A DNA stretch of 64,000 bases from Octopus sinensis (lineage: Eukaryota): NCBI RefSeq assembly GCF_006345805.1, contig NW_021831836.1:565-64564 (forward strand), given 5' to 3'. This document shows, piece by piece, positions 11,429 through 25,629 of this stretch; within the stretch, counting starts at the first letter, position 1, and each line of letters begins with the position of its first letter. The notes beneath the pieces are model-generated. The model searched no databases. It saw only the letters and a program-made list of their open reading frames with translations, and was not told the origin of the DNA. The translations under genes and the position numbers were made by a program.

Positions 11429-12773
11429 ATATTATTTATATATTATCATATATATATATGTATATATATCTATGTGTGTGTGTGTGTGTGTGTGGTGTTT
11501 AAAAGATTATCTTGAAAAGCACTGTTGTTTTTTTTTTTTTTCTTGAATTAATCAATGAGGAGAAACCTATGGCTGGCTGCATATTAGAAAGTGAAAACCA
11601 GAAAAGAAAAGAATTATTTTTTCTTAATTTGTAATTGCCAGTTTTTAAAACAGAGAAATCAGAAAAGTAAAAACAACAGAACAAAGAAAAGATAGATAGT
11701 GAGGGTGGAATTATTCTGCATTTTCTCTTGAAATACTGTATGTGAGAGAGAAAGAAAGAATCATGCTAACATGAAAAGTTGTAATGATCTAATTGTGTGT
11801 TAATTTTGCATTTATATTGTTCTAGCTTAAAAGCTGCACTCCATGTAAACTTTTAGGCTAGCTAAGTGGGCCTGCAGCTCAAAACGGAGAGCAATAATAA
11901 TGAAGCATTTATTGTTACCCTACCAATATGGTATTTCTTCAAATTCAGATTAAGTTCACAAATTTTTGGAATTCTTTTAAAATTTGAATAGAAAATACAT
12001 ATATGTATGTATTGTGGCTTTGTGTCTGTGTTTGTTCCCCACCACAGCTTAATAACCGGTGTTGCTGTGTTTAAGTTCACATAAGTTAGTAGTTTGGTAA
12101 AAGACGCCAATAAAAACATACCAGGCATAAAAAGAGGAAGAACTGGTGTTGATTTATTTGATTAAAATTCTTCAAGGTGGTGCCCCAGCCTGGCTGCAGT
12201 CTGATGACTGCAAAAAAATAAAAGAACCACTAAATTCTTTTGTAAAACTTAAAGCTAAGTTGTACTATGGCAGTGAAACCTCCCACAGTCACTTTACTTG
12301 CTAGAAATAGCAACCCAATTGCTTTTAAATCAGATCCCAATGCTGGATGTTCAAGAACCAAATGAAGGGCAAATTGTCAATCCAGCCATCATCCTGATTC
12401 CAAAAAGGTATATGTCTTTGTTGAGCAAATGTAGACCAAGATACAGGGGTCCCAGATGGACAGACAGAATTTCACTTTTATTAATATGGATAGATGATTT
12501 GTTGTAAAAATTCTAATTGAATAATGCAATTAAAGTTATAGACATGTTTGTGTGGAGGTACAATTGTGCACATATTTTTTTCTTTTTCAGTTTTTAATAT
12601 TATTTTATGTTATGTACATATTTTTGGAAATATATATGAATGCATGAATTTAAATTTATTTTTGGTAATATTGGAAAATATGTTTTTTGCTCTTTCTCTT
12701 GTCAGAAATCTTGTGGTAGCTGTTTTTACATTACAAATTGTGTATTATGAGTATTGTTTTATATTACTTTCAG

Positions 12774-12820
12774 GACATGTTAAAGTTGTCCGTGCCATCT
12801 ATAATTACAGTGCACAAAGA
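12774..12820 (+). CDS. OSTF1: Osteoclast-stimulating factor 1, internal exon (start of SH3): (G)HVKVVRAIYNYSAQR
   Basis: tttcag|GACATG...CAAAGA|gtaagt, 47 nt, phase 1 to 0; aligns with the GQVKVFRALY segment of OSTF1 and splices in frame to 40925. Confidence 0.85.
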
Positions 12821-13668
12821 GTAAGTATTAAATTTGTATGTTTATATGTGCATGAATGTGCACATATAAGTAGGCTGTGCAGATGCTCATGTATTTGTAA
12901 TCATGTGCCTGTTTGTGCATGCTCGTGAATTAGCCTTGTATGCATGCATGTATTTATCTGTGGGCATGTTTGTACATGTTCATGCATGTGTGTGTGTGTG
13001 TGTGTGTGTGGTGTATAGAAACCAAAACTTTGTGAGTAGACACCAAAATGTTGTGAGTCTACTTTGGTAGGCACAAACTGAAAGAAGCCCATCATGTGCA
13101 CATATAGTATAAGAATAGGATAAAAGAAAAATTCAAAGAGCTTTACCTCTGTTAGAAAATCAAAGGTCTTTCTCTTCTAATAAAAGGAAGATTGTAGGAT
13201 GTTTGTGTATTAACTGCAGTACTACATGGTAAGGAGATGTGAACCCTGAATGCAGAGGACATGAGAAGACTAGAGAGGAATGAAGTTTTGTATGTTCTGT
13301 TGTATGTGCAATGTTAGTGTACATGTACAATAGAGTGTTAGTGTATTGAGAGAAAAGTTAGTCATAAGAGGAATTAGATATGGTGTGTAATGGAGAATAC
13401 TGGGTTGGTTCAGTCATGTGATGAATATGGACTATGATAGTTGCATAAAGAAGTACTGATCACTTAAAGTGAATGGAACTTGTGGAAGAGGAAACCCCAG
13501 GAAAGCACCAGACAAAGTATTGAGGGCTGATTTCAAGATGTTGTACCCCAAGGAAGAGATGACAAAGCACCAAGATAACTGCCACCTTGCTGTACTTGAG
13601 AAACCCCTATCACTACAACAGAATTGATATTCTAAAACCACCTTCTCAAATGTTTGTACATGTGAAAC

Positions 13669-16495
13669 TGTTATAATCCTTAAAATGTTGGATTGTTATA
13701 ATGCCCACTTCAGTATACAGTATACTTAGTGAAGACATGACTATCTCTGACTACCTACTATGTACTCCAGTATTTTGTGTACTTCTCTTTACTTATAGTG
13801 ACTATGTTATTCTATTCATCATGTGGGAGGGGTGTACCATTATTACTAATTCCTTTCAACATCTCCCCTTTTAAGTTTTTCTTAGAAAGTGTCATTTTAA
13901 TAATTTAATAACTTCCCTTTTTTGAGTTTATTTCCGTACAATTTAATATTTTTGCGCTTGGTATCTATTTTTCAGGAACTCTGTATGTTTCCTTTTCCTC
14001 TCACTTGTACGCCAAGGTTCAATCACCTGCAGTAGCGTTGGTACTTGGAATGTATCATACAACCATTTCATCAGTTCCTCCAACTTCTTTGGTTCGCTTT
14101 CCACAAATCTCTTTTATAGTAGGTTCCTGTATCTCTTTTGTGTGCCTTTTCTACTTTTAACCAATGCATTTGGTAATTACGCCATCTTCCCAACTCTGCT
14201 TTCCATTCTTGTATGCCCTCATATACACCTTTTCACCAACTTTAAAGAACCTTCTTATGTCTTCTCTAACACTTTCTTTTCTTACCAGGTAGCAATTTAT
14301 GAAAGACATTTTACTTTCCTTGAAAACATAAGCTCTGCTGGTGAGCTACCTGCTAGTATATTCAGGTTTGGTGTCACACAATACATTATCAAAAATTGTT
14401 GTAGAGCTACCTCATCCCTGACTTCCTTATTTGATTTTCTAAGGGCTCTTTTGAAGATATCAACAAAGCGTTCTGACTGCCCATTAGATCTGGGATGGTA
14501 TGATGCTGTAGTTATATATTCTACCATGAACATTTCACAAAATTTTAAAAATTCACTAGACACAAATTGTTTTCCATTATCAGACACTATCTTGTCTGGG
14601 ATGCCAAATCTTGCAAACAATTTGTGTAAAAAATTTCAGGCCATTTCAAAAAACTATCAATTACCACTAAGTAGTAAGAACCATTTAAAGGACCAGCAAC
14701 ATCAATGTGTATTCTCGACCATAGGACATCTACTTTTGAACAATGTTTACTTTTTATCTTGAGCAATATTTCATTTCATTTTGGTTTACATACAGGTATG
14801 CCACTCTGTTTTACTGCAATTTTTTGTTTTAGTCCCTCAGCCGCATTCAAACCTTTGACTGACCCAACTATATTTCCACACAGAACACTTATGGGTGTAT
14901 CCTACAATTTGAATAGTTCCATTCAATCTGTGCCAAATAGATTAAGTGAACTTTTAACACATATGTCTTAGCTTTTTTCGTTTGACCTTGAAATGTTACA
15001 TTGCATATAAATTCACTGAAAAAATATAATCTTTGTCCCATAACACCATGTGCTACCTTTATCAACTTAATTCATTTCAGCTTACCGACATATTTCCACG
15101 TTTTTTTGTTTATAATGGTGATATCACCACCAGTGTCCAACTGCATTTTAACACTCGTATTTCTGATGACATACTATTTATTCTTTTTCCTTTGCTCTGA
15201 TGTTTTGTCATCTTCATTCTACAGTTTCTTCAGTGCATCTTTATATGTCCTATATTTCCACAATGAAAGCACTCCACTTTTTTAAATGAACTTTTTTTCC
15301 TTAGGTAAAACATGGGTTTACTTCCTGACTTTTGTCATGTTTTTTAAAAAACACTTTATCTCTATTTTATTTCACACTTGTTTTACTTGGAAACAATCTT
15401 TACATTCAATTTCTTCTGTGTCATGTCTTTATTTGACTATCCTTTCACATTCTTCTAACACTTGTTGTAGGGATACATCCTGGTTTTGTTCCAGCTTTGC
15501 GAGAATTCTAACTTCTGCATCCTCTTCAGCAGTAAGTCCCTGTGTAAAAATCAGGCATTTGAACACATGTGGCCTTAATTCGCTCAGTTTAAACTTTTTG
15601 TATTCCCTGTTAACTCTACCAGCATATGTGATGTAGTCCTCATTGTTGTTTTTCTCTATATTCAGATACTTCCAATGTGTGTTGAACAATGAGTTTTTGT
15701 CACTAAAAATTTTACATGATATATCTATTGTGTCATTAAAGTCTATGTTCAAAGGTTTTCTTGGGAGTACATAATTACTGTATTGTCATGTTCTTTTGCC
15801 ATTGGTTTTCTCAAGATTAAGTGTGTTTTCATCTCGTTCTCTCAATCTTTACATTCTTTATCGAAGATTTGCTCATAAGTTCTGTAGTATGCTTCGAAGG
15901 TAATTCCTTCAATGTTATGGAGTTCACAACATAGTCTGTTGAGAACACTTTTTCTGACTTGCCTGATGACTTTAGTAATTGCAGCATTTGTGGCTGTAAT
16001 TTTATTTATTGTTGTTGCTTATATTGTTGCTCTTGCAGTTGTATCTGCTGCTGTTATTATTCTTTCAGATGTTGGTGGTGGTGGTGTCCTTGCAGTCGTA
16101 GCTGCTGCTGTTGTTGTTGTTCTTTCAATTGCTGTTGTTGCTGTTTATGCAACTTGAGCAAACCAGCCAATTATTTTTCATGAAATTCACACAACAAAAG
16201 CTTTTGTGAGTTTATTAACTCCTCTTCGAGTTTCTATTAACTCCACATGAATTGGTTTATCCTTATTGCCACTGTTATAACCCTCGTTGTCACTGTTGTA
16301 ATCCTTTTAATGTTAGATTATTATAACACCCACTTCAGTATAAAGTATACTTAGTAAAACCAGTGAAGACACAACTATCTCTGATCACCTACTATGTACT
16401 CTAGTACTTCACATACTTCTCTTTACTTGTAGTGACTAGGTTATTCCAATCGTCACATGGGAGGGGTGTACTATTATTACTGATAACCTACAACA
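13669..16495 (-). mobile_element. Gypsy/Ty3 LTR retrotransposon, internally deleted (gag and integrase remnants, no RT seen)
   Basis: LTRs 13669-13861 and 16294-16495 with TG...CA ends; 5-bp TSD GAAAC on both sides; polypurine tract aaaaggggaga next to the 3' LTR; integrase FARFGIPDKIVSDNGKQF...YHPRSNGQSERFV; gag-like CLIFTQGL...ILAKLE. Confidence 0.92.
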
Positions 16496-17169
16496 GAAAC
16501 TTTTCCCCACCTCTCTTCTCACTGCCCCATCAAGCTTCCTCTACATCCCATTCCTTAATGCTCATCATCTCTTTATCTTTGATATTATCCAACTACCATA
16601 ATCACCTGGGAGCAGAATAGTTATATACTACTCCCCCCACCATCTTTAGAACCACTTCCATTCATCATCTTCCTCTAGCTATGGTCTCTCCTCTCTTCTA
16701 TACTCCATCCTGATACATCTGTCATCCCCTATCACTTCTGATGCCCTCACATATCTAACATACTTGCCTATGCCTCCCAGCTACTCTTATATCTCTCACC
16801 TTGAATTACCACAGTCACTTCTATCCCATCTAACCATCTTCTCTCAGATTCTTATGAAAATGTCCCACCCAGTCCAATCCTCTGTACCACTTACCTATAT
16901 TCATTCTCCACTCACTGTACCTTGAGAATATATTCTGGTACATATCCACCACCATCTCTTCCACTCTCTCCATTCTTATCTTTCTATCTGAGTCTCCTTC
17001 TTACTCTTCTCCAACTGGAATAGCCTTGTATTTCTTCTACAGCAAGACACCTATGTCTATTCCTCTATTATTCTTTTAATCTCTCATCAGTTGGCACAAA
17101 GACACCTCTTTCAATACTACTCCCCACTTTCTTGGGATTTTGTCGTGTGTGTGTGTGTGTGTGTGTATA

Positions 17170-17965
17170 CAGGGTGTGATGAATAAATTGTCTAAATTAT
17201 GCAAAAATGAAAATAACACCGACATCTCATTTTAACATATATATTTACCAAAATTACAGAAGAATATGAAATACTAAAGAGCAAATTTATTCAATAAAAT
17301 CACCATTGGCTTCAACCATAGCCTCCAGATGACTTCAGAATCTCCTGCAACTCTTCTGGACAGTCTCCTTGTTTAAGTTGGTGAATGTTGTCATAATCTT
17401 TGCCTTCAGTTCACCTTTGGTGTTAGGAGTTTTGATGGTCTCTCACTCAACTGTGCCCCACACATAATAATGAAGAGGGCTGCAATCTAGAAAGTTAGGT
17501 GGCCAGATGTTAGGGGTGATGTGGTCGCAGAAATTGTCTGACAGCCATGACTGGGTTCTCCTGCTTGTGTGGCATGGTGCGTAGTCCTGTTGCCTGACAT
17601 AGGGCATTTCAGCAGCCACCCTCTTGATCCAGGGCAGCATATCGTCCTTCAGGCACTTGATGTAGGACTATATGTTGAGTCTGAGGCTGTGTGGGAAGAT
17701 GAATGGAGGCATAACTTCGCCATCACTAGTGATCACTCCAGACACCATGATGCTAACTGGATGTTTGATTTTGATCACTCTTGGTACATGTTTTGGGGAC
17801 ATGGCAAGCCAACGACTGTTCTGTGTGTTCACCATCTGACCCTGGCTGAAATTTTTCTTGCCTGAGAAAAACCAAAGCATGTTCAGTTGGAGTGGATGCT
17901 TGAGTTTGTTCAAAAGCTTCATAGCATGGTCTTTCCTCTTGTCCTTGATGGCTTGGGATAAAAAT
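17170..17965 (-). mobile_element. maT (DD37D) Tc1/mariner transposon remnant
   Basis: QQDYAPCH...WPPNFLDCSPLHYYVWG has 37 residues between the second D and the third position (mutated to H); TA|CAGGGTGTGATGAATAAATTGTC terminal repeat. Confidence 0.85.
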
Positions 17966-18597
17966 ACTGACTATGTTTCACTTGACAGTGTGCATAGACT
18001 AGGTTGTTGAAGTTACTATAGGCATGCAGACAGTTGCTATAAATTATTGACTCTTGCTTGATGTAACGGGTAATGAGTGCAGTCAGAGTCCTTACTCGGT
18101 GTTTGGACCATTTTTTTCTCTCTGTTTGATTTATTTTATTTTGTTTCTGTTATTTCTTTTCCTTTTACTATTCTTCTCCAAACCCTCATCTAGAATTTTT
18201 CAGAAAACTTAGTTAATCTGCTGTTTTTCCCTAAATCATTTTCTCTTATATTACAATTAGCTGAATTTCCATAAAATTATGCTAATATTCTATTCTGTTA
18301 GTTCAGTAATAGTTTTTGGAACACTTTTATCAAGATTAAGTGAATGAAAAACTAACACTAACTTTAAAGTAATATAGTACAATAAATGACTTTTGGAACA
18401 GTATTGGTTACTGCCATTGAACATGCTTTGACAGGTCATTCTTGGTGCCGAATATCTTGCTGTATTTAGTTAATAGATAAATAGTTACCAGGGTAGCAAA
18501 AATCACACAAGTAAAAAGGGCGTAACACCTTGTTTTTAAAGGTAGAAACATGGGCTTTATGTGAAATATTATGTATAATATATATATGTAAATAAGG

Positions 18598-18833
18598 AAA
18601 TGGAGTTAAACGCAGGTGTTATTTAAATTCTTTTACTTCTGACACGTTTTGAGGATATCATTGGTATTATTCCAAAGGAATAAAATGGTGTAAAACAATA
18701 TAATCTTCTCTCCAGGGAAATGAAGATTACATTGTTTTACACCATTTTATTCTTTTGGAATGATACCAATGATTTCTTTGAAACATATGTCGGAAGTAAA
18801 GAATTTGAATAACACCTGCGTTTAACTCCATTT
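18598..18833. repeat. Fold-back inverted repeat (~110-bp arms, 13-nt loop) containing a decayed hammerhead
   Basis: aaatggagttaaacgcaggtgtt...taatcttc / gaagattac...aacacctgcgtttaactccattt; arms pair with transition mismatches. Confidence 0.85.
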
Positions 18834-18844
18834 ATATATATATT

Positions 18845-21800
18845 GGAGACATGTCGATAGATTCTTGAACAGAAACGTGTCAATATGTGCTGCATCCAAG
18901 AAGTAAGGTGGAGAGGAGGTTCTGCTAGGTTCCTCACAGGCAAAGAACACAGGTGCAAGATTTTCTGGGTGGAGAACACTGACGGGGTCGGGGGTGTGGA
19001 TATACTTCTCGCTGAAAAATGGGTAGATAAGGTAATTGAGGTAGTCAGAGTATGTGACAGAATACTTAAGATTAGATTAGTGCTTCACCTTGGGTTAACA
19101 ACCATTATATAGGCCTATGCCCCTCAGCCGGGGCTACCCGATGGACAAAAAGACTGATTCTATGACACCCTACTGCAGACTACCTCGTTGACGAATGACA
19201 GGGACCTTCTCTTTGTGGCTGGTGACTTCAATGGACATGTTGGACAACATACAGGGGGCTTCCAGGGTGTACATGGAGGCTACGGTTATGGTTCCCACAG
19301 TGAGGAGGGAACCAAGCTGCTGGAGTTCTGCGATGCAAATGATCTTATGGTTTGCAATACTAACTTCAGGAAACCTACCAGTCACCTAGTCACCTACCAA
19401 TCGGGCCGACATACTAGCCAGATTGACTACATCCTTGCCAGAAAAACAGAAAGATGGCTGCTTATAAATGCCAAAATCTTCCCAGGTGAAGAATGTACCC
19501 CACAACATTGGTAGTTAGTGACTTTAGGATCAGGACTAAGTGGATGCCCAGAAGACGACCAACATGGAGAAGAAGGGTCTGGAAGCTTAAAGATCCTGCG
19601 AATGGAAAGAGAGTTAGAGACATATTACTCAAAGCCTTTGATGAAATAGAAGGGGATATAGCTTCACATGGTGCAGAAGACACCTGGAGGTTCCTATGGA
19701 ACAACCTGCTGAGAGCCACTGACCAGATCTGTGGATGGTGCAAAGTCCCCTCTCGACCCAAAATAACGTGGTGGTGGAGCAATGTTGTAGACAGGGCTAT
19801 TAGAAAAAAGAAACAGGCTTGGAAGGACTGGAAGAATGGTGGAAGTAGGGAATTGTATCAGACTGCCAGAAGAAAAGCTAGGAGACAGGTTTATTTAGCC
19901 AGAGGGGAAGCAGATGAGAAAAAAATTTGCCAATGTTCTGCGCCATGAAGATCAAAGACTTGAGGTATTTTGTGTTGCAAGACAGTGTGTGAGAGAGAAT
20001 CGTGATGTTGTAGGAGAGAAATGTGTTTGCATGGATGATGGCTCTATTGCGCTAAATGGGGATGCAAAGAGAGAGGTTTGGAGACGCCATTATGAAAGGT
20101 TGCTGAATAAAGAAAATGTATGGCAGAAAGAGAGTCTGCCGTATGTCGACCCAACAGAGGGACCAACTATCCAAGTTGACAGTACCTTGGTAGATAAAGC
20201 AATTAAAAGTACAATGGTAAAGGTGATGCTTTAGATACAAATAATTACAAGGTATCAAGCTGTTGGATCAGGTAATGAAGATCACAGAGAGGGTCATAGC
20301 CCAACTAATTAGGGAGAGAGTCAGTATAGATGAGATGCAGCTTGGTTTCATGCCAAGGAAAAGCACCACTGATGCTATATTTCTGGTAAGACAGGAATTA
20401 CTGCAGTGATGCTCAAAATATCTGGCAGTGTCGGCTATAGCCTGGTCACCCGTATAGCTAACCAGGTGATACACGAAGGAGTCATACCCAATGACTGGTG
20501 TAGCAGCATAATTGTCAACTGCTACAATGGTAAAGGTGATGCTTTAGATACAAATAATTACAAGGTATCAAGCTGTTGGATCAGGTAATGAAGATCACAA
20601 AGAGGGTCATAGCCCAACTAATTAGGGAGAGAGTCAGTATAGATGAGATGCAGCTTGGTTTCATGCCAACGAAAAGCACCACTGATGCTATATTTCTGGT
20701 AAGACAGCTGCAGGAGAAATACCTACCCAAAGATAATCCCCTGTACCTGGCTTTCGTTGACATGGAGAAAACCTTTGACAGGGTCCCCCGATCCCTTATC
20801 TGGTGATCAATGAGGAAACTAGGGATAGATGAATGGTTAGTGAGAACCGTGCAAGCCATGTACAGGGACGCTGTCAGTAAGGTGAGGGTTGGCAACGAGT
20901 ACAGTGAAGAATTCAGGGTAGAGGTAGGGGTCCACCAAGGTTCAGTCCTCAGTCCCCTCCTATTTATCATAGTCCTCCAGGCAATAATGGAGGAATTCAA
21001 GACAGGTTGCCCCTGGGAGCTCCTCTATGCTGATGACCTTGCTCTAATTGCTGAGTCACTCTAGAGGAGAAGTTTCAAGTATGGAAACAAGGATTAGAAT
21101 TGAAGGGCCTTAGAGTCAACCTAACTAAAACCAAAGTCCTAATAAGTAGGAAGGCAGGCAAACCACAAACACCCTCAGGTAGATGGCCCTGCTTGATCTG
21201 TAGAAAAGGCGTAGGTAGAAACTCTATAAGATGTACCCAGTGTAAACAATGGTCACATAAGATGTGCAGCAATATCAAAAGAAGACTAACTGGGACGATA
21301 GTTTTTGTATGTGGCAGATGCTCGGGAACAATAAATAACACTGAAAATGTGCAGAGAACAACTACCACATTCCAGGGAGAAAAAGTAGAAGTAGTTAATA
21401 GCTTCCGTTACCTAGGTGACCAAGTCAGTCGCGGGGGAGGGTGTACTGAAAGTGTAGCGGCTAGAATAAGAATAGCATGGGCTAAGTTCAGAGAGCTCTT
21501 ACCTCTGCTGGTGACAAAGGGCCTCTCGCTCAGAGTAAAAAGTAGACTGTATAACGCATGTGTACAAACAACCATGCTACATGGCAGTGAAACATGAGCC
21601 GTGACTGCTGAGGACATGCAGAAGCTCGCAAGGAATGAAGCCAGTATGCTCTAATGGATGTGTAATGTCAGTATGCATACTCGACAGAGTGAAAGTACTT
21701 TGAAAGAAAAGTTGGACCTAAGAAGCATCAGATGTGGTGTGCAAGAGAGACAACTGCGCTGATATGGTCATGTGGTGAGAATGGATGTGGATAGCTGTGT

Positions 21801-22300
21801 GAAAAAGTGCCACACCCTAGCAGTTGAGGGAACCTGTGGAAGAGGTAGACCTGGGACGAGGTGGTGAAGCATGACCTTCGAACATCAGGCCTCACCGAGG
21901 CAATGACTAGTGACTGGGACCTCTGGAAATATGCTGTGCTTGTGAAGACTTGGCAAGCGCAAGTGAGACCATAACCTCGTGGCCTATGCCAGGAGTGTAA
22001 CCAGTCCACTTATGCGTGTCTTTCCTTCATTGGACACTAAACTCTGCTTGCGAAGACTTGTTGAGGCAAGTGAATTGAAATCAAAATCAAATTCAATGAC
22101 TGGCACCCGTGCCAGTCGAGCACTAAGAGTACCATACAAGTGAGATCGTTGCCAGAGCAACAAGCTGGCCTCCGTGCCAATGGCACGTTAAAAAACACAA
22201 TTCGAGTGTGATCATTACCTGCGTCACCTTACTAGCACCTGTGCTGGCGGCATGTGAAAAACATTCAAAGTGAGGTCATTGCCTTTGCAGGTGGCACATA
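18845..22300 (+). mobile_element. RTE-clade LINE, 5'-truncated, degenerate (APE, RT, PHD-like finger, 3' UTR)
   Basis: CCIQEVRW, AGDFNGHVG, QIDYIL, FVDMEKTFDRVP, GVHQGSVLSPLLF, LLYADDL, YLGD. Confidence 0.93.
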
Positions 22301-22309
22301 AAAATCTTT

Positions 22310-23545
22310 ATGTCATATGACTCAAAGGGCCTTAGAGTCAATCTAGCAAAAGCCAAAGTCTTAGTAAGTAGGAAGGCAGACAAGTTACAAATCCCTTCAG
22401 GTGGATGGCCCTGCTCAATTTGTAGAAAAGGCATAGGTAGAAACTCTGTAAGATGTACTCAGTGTAAGATATGGACACATAAGAGATGCAGCAATATCAA
22501 AGAAGGTTAACTCAGAAGATAGTTTTTGTATGTGGCAGATGCACAGGGGCAATAAACACTGAAGATGTACAGAAAACAGATTCCATCACAAGCCAGGGGA
22601 AAAAACAAGTAATTCATAGTTTCCATTACCTTGGTGACCAAGTCAGTAGTGGGGGTGGATACTCTGAGAGCGTAGCTGCTAAAATAAGAATAGTCTGTAC
22701 AAAGTTTTGAGAGCTCCTACCTCTGCTGGTAACAAAGGGCCTCTCAGAGTGAAAGGTAGTCTGTATGATGCATGTGTGCAAACAATCATACTACACAGCA
22801 GTGAAACATGGGCTGTGACTGCTGAGGACATGTGTAGGCTTAAAAGAAATGAAGCTAATATGCTCTGCTGGATGTATAATGTCAGTGTGCATACACAACA
22901 GAATGTAAGTGCCCTGAGAGAAAAGTTGGATATAAGAAGCATCAGATGTGGTATGCAAGAGAGACAACTGCACTGGTATTGTCATGAAGAAGAGTCACAC
23001 TCTAACAGTGGAGGAAAATTGTGGAAGAGGTAAACCCAGGAAGACAAGGGATGAGGTGGTGAAGCAAATGTTGGGCCTCACAGAGGCTATGGCAAGCGGC
23101 CAAGATCTTTGGAAATATGCTATGCTTGAGAAGACCCAGTAATCCAAGTGAGATTGTAACCATAGCTGATGCCAGTGTCACATATCTGGCCCATTTAAAA
23201 GTACCCTTCAAATTTCGGGCAATATGCTTTGCATAAGAAGACCTGTTGAGTCAAGTGAAATCGTAGTTGTGGCTGATGCCAATGCTGCCTGACTGGCACC
23301 TATGCCAGTGGCATATAAAAAGCACTATTCCAGTGTGGTCAATGCCAGTGATGCCTCACTGGCTCCCATGCCAGTCGCATGTAAAAAGCACCTACTATAC
23401 TCTCAGAGTGGTTGGCATTAGGAAGTGCATCAAGCTGTAGAGACCTAGTCAGATTGAAGCCTGGTGCAACCTCCTGGCTTGCTAGTCCTCTGTCAAACCA
23501 TCCAACCCATGCCAGCATGGAAAGCAGATGTTAAACGATGATGAT
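22310..23545 (+). mobile_element. Second RTE LINE 3' fragment with (GAT)n tail
   Basis: GLRVNLAKAKVLV...WPCSICRKG repeats the post-RT region of the preceding copy; shared 3' end. Confidence 0.88.
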
Positions 23546-24365
23546 AATATACATATACATACACATATACATACATATATGCATATACCTATACATATGT
23601 ACATCTACACATATACATATACATACACATATACATAGACCTATACATATGTACATACATACATAAGATGAATGTTTACAATTATGAACTAGTCACAATT
23701 ATTACTAAGAGGGTTTCAAAACTCTTACATGTTTAGAAATAGCAGTCAAAACTGCTATAAAGCCATCGACTCATATTATTTCTCTTCATAATATTGTTAA
23801 TATATTCTCTGTATATTACATTACTTTTTAATTATTTAATTTCCCTAACTCATATCCAGTGATTTTGCAGTGGCTTGAATTTACCAGTCTTTTCTCATAA
23901 ATGCTGTGCATGGCATTTGAATTCAAAACTTGAATGTGTAAATAGAGGTTGACACATTTCTCTTGCCAGTTGGGACACATGTTAGCCCCAAGGTAAGGTC
24001 TTGTATTGATTTCTATCTATAGGAATATTCCCCTGACAAGATGAATGGGTCCCTTAATAGGTCCTTAATGTTGAAATTGCAATCAAGAATTTACCAATTA
24101 TTTTTAAGTTGTGGATTCTATTTGTCAAGTTGCCTGCTGACAGCTTTTATAGGCGATAAAAATGGCTTCATAGTGGTTTTCCTGCAATATCTAAACATGT
24201 AAAGGTTTTGAAACCCTCTTAGTTATAACTGTGACTTGTTCATAATTATAAACATTCTTCTTCTATGTATTTTATGATAACATGTTTGACCATTGATATA
24301 TTCATAAATAATTATTAATTGTTTATAATATATCCTCCATAATGTATTATTACATTACTTTTTTA

Positions 24366-24404
<39 letters not shown>

Positions 24405-24425
24405 TTTTATTTATTATATAGAAGG

Positions 24426-24476
24426 AGCTTCTACAGGACTAGAACTGTTTCATTCAAGAGAAATCTTCAGGAAGCT
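24426..24476 (-). ncRNA. Type I hammerhead ribozyme at left terminus of the PLE
   Basis: Reverse complement is identical to 39352-39402. Confidence 0.78.
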
Positions 24477-25554
24477 AGTTAACAAGAATTGTATTGGCAT
24501 TTATACATTTAGGCAGGTTTAACGGGGTGTTGGTGGGGGACTTTTTTGGGGGTCGGCATAGCGCAAAATATCATACTTGGGGGAGTGGTCAAGGAGTCAG
24601 TGTTAAATTAGATAGAAGAATAAATAAAAAAATAAAAAAATAAAATAAAAAAATAAAAAAATAAAAAAACCTATATATAAGAAGAACCTATATATAAAAA
24701 AAGGGGGAATAGAGTTTTAGGTAAATAAGGAGATTCTCACTTATACCTATGCACACATGTATACATACATACACACACATACAAACATATATACATATAC
24801 ATACACACATACATACACACACATATATATACATATATATACACTTACCCATACACATACATATACATATCTACACATACACATATATGTATACATACAC
24901 ACACTCACATGCATACACGTATACACACATGTGTATATATACACACACGACCTCACATACATATACGCACAGAAAAATATATATACACATACACACACAT
25001 ACTCACATACACGCATACACACACTTATCCACACACACACATGCACACACAGCACACTAGTCCCTATATACACATATATACACATACACACACATATACA
25101 CACACATACATACATATACATACATGTATATATATATACATATGTGTACCTATGCAAACCTACACATACACACATATATATACACATACAAATACAGACC
25201 CATTCCCTAATTTTAATTTTATTATCTTCGTTTATTACTTTTGTTATCTTTGGCCACTTGGTCACAAACATCTTGGCTATGACAGCCAGTCCATTTATCT
25301 GTCTACTGGAAAACAAGCACACATTCACTCACGCACACTCTTTAGCACGTACTCTCACTCATTCGTACACTCATACACATACACGCACGCACGCACGCGT
25401 TATATTCATACATACATCCATCTACATACATTCACGTATATACACATACGTATGCGTACCTACAGATTTATGTCTACACTCTTAGAAGGCTAGTCTATAT
25501 ATATACACCAATAAATATAAATACACACACATACATATACACCTACATACAGAT

Positions 25555-25629
<75 letters not shown>

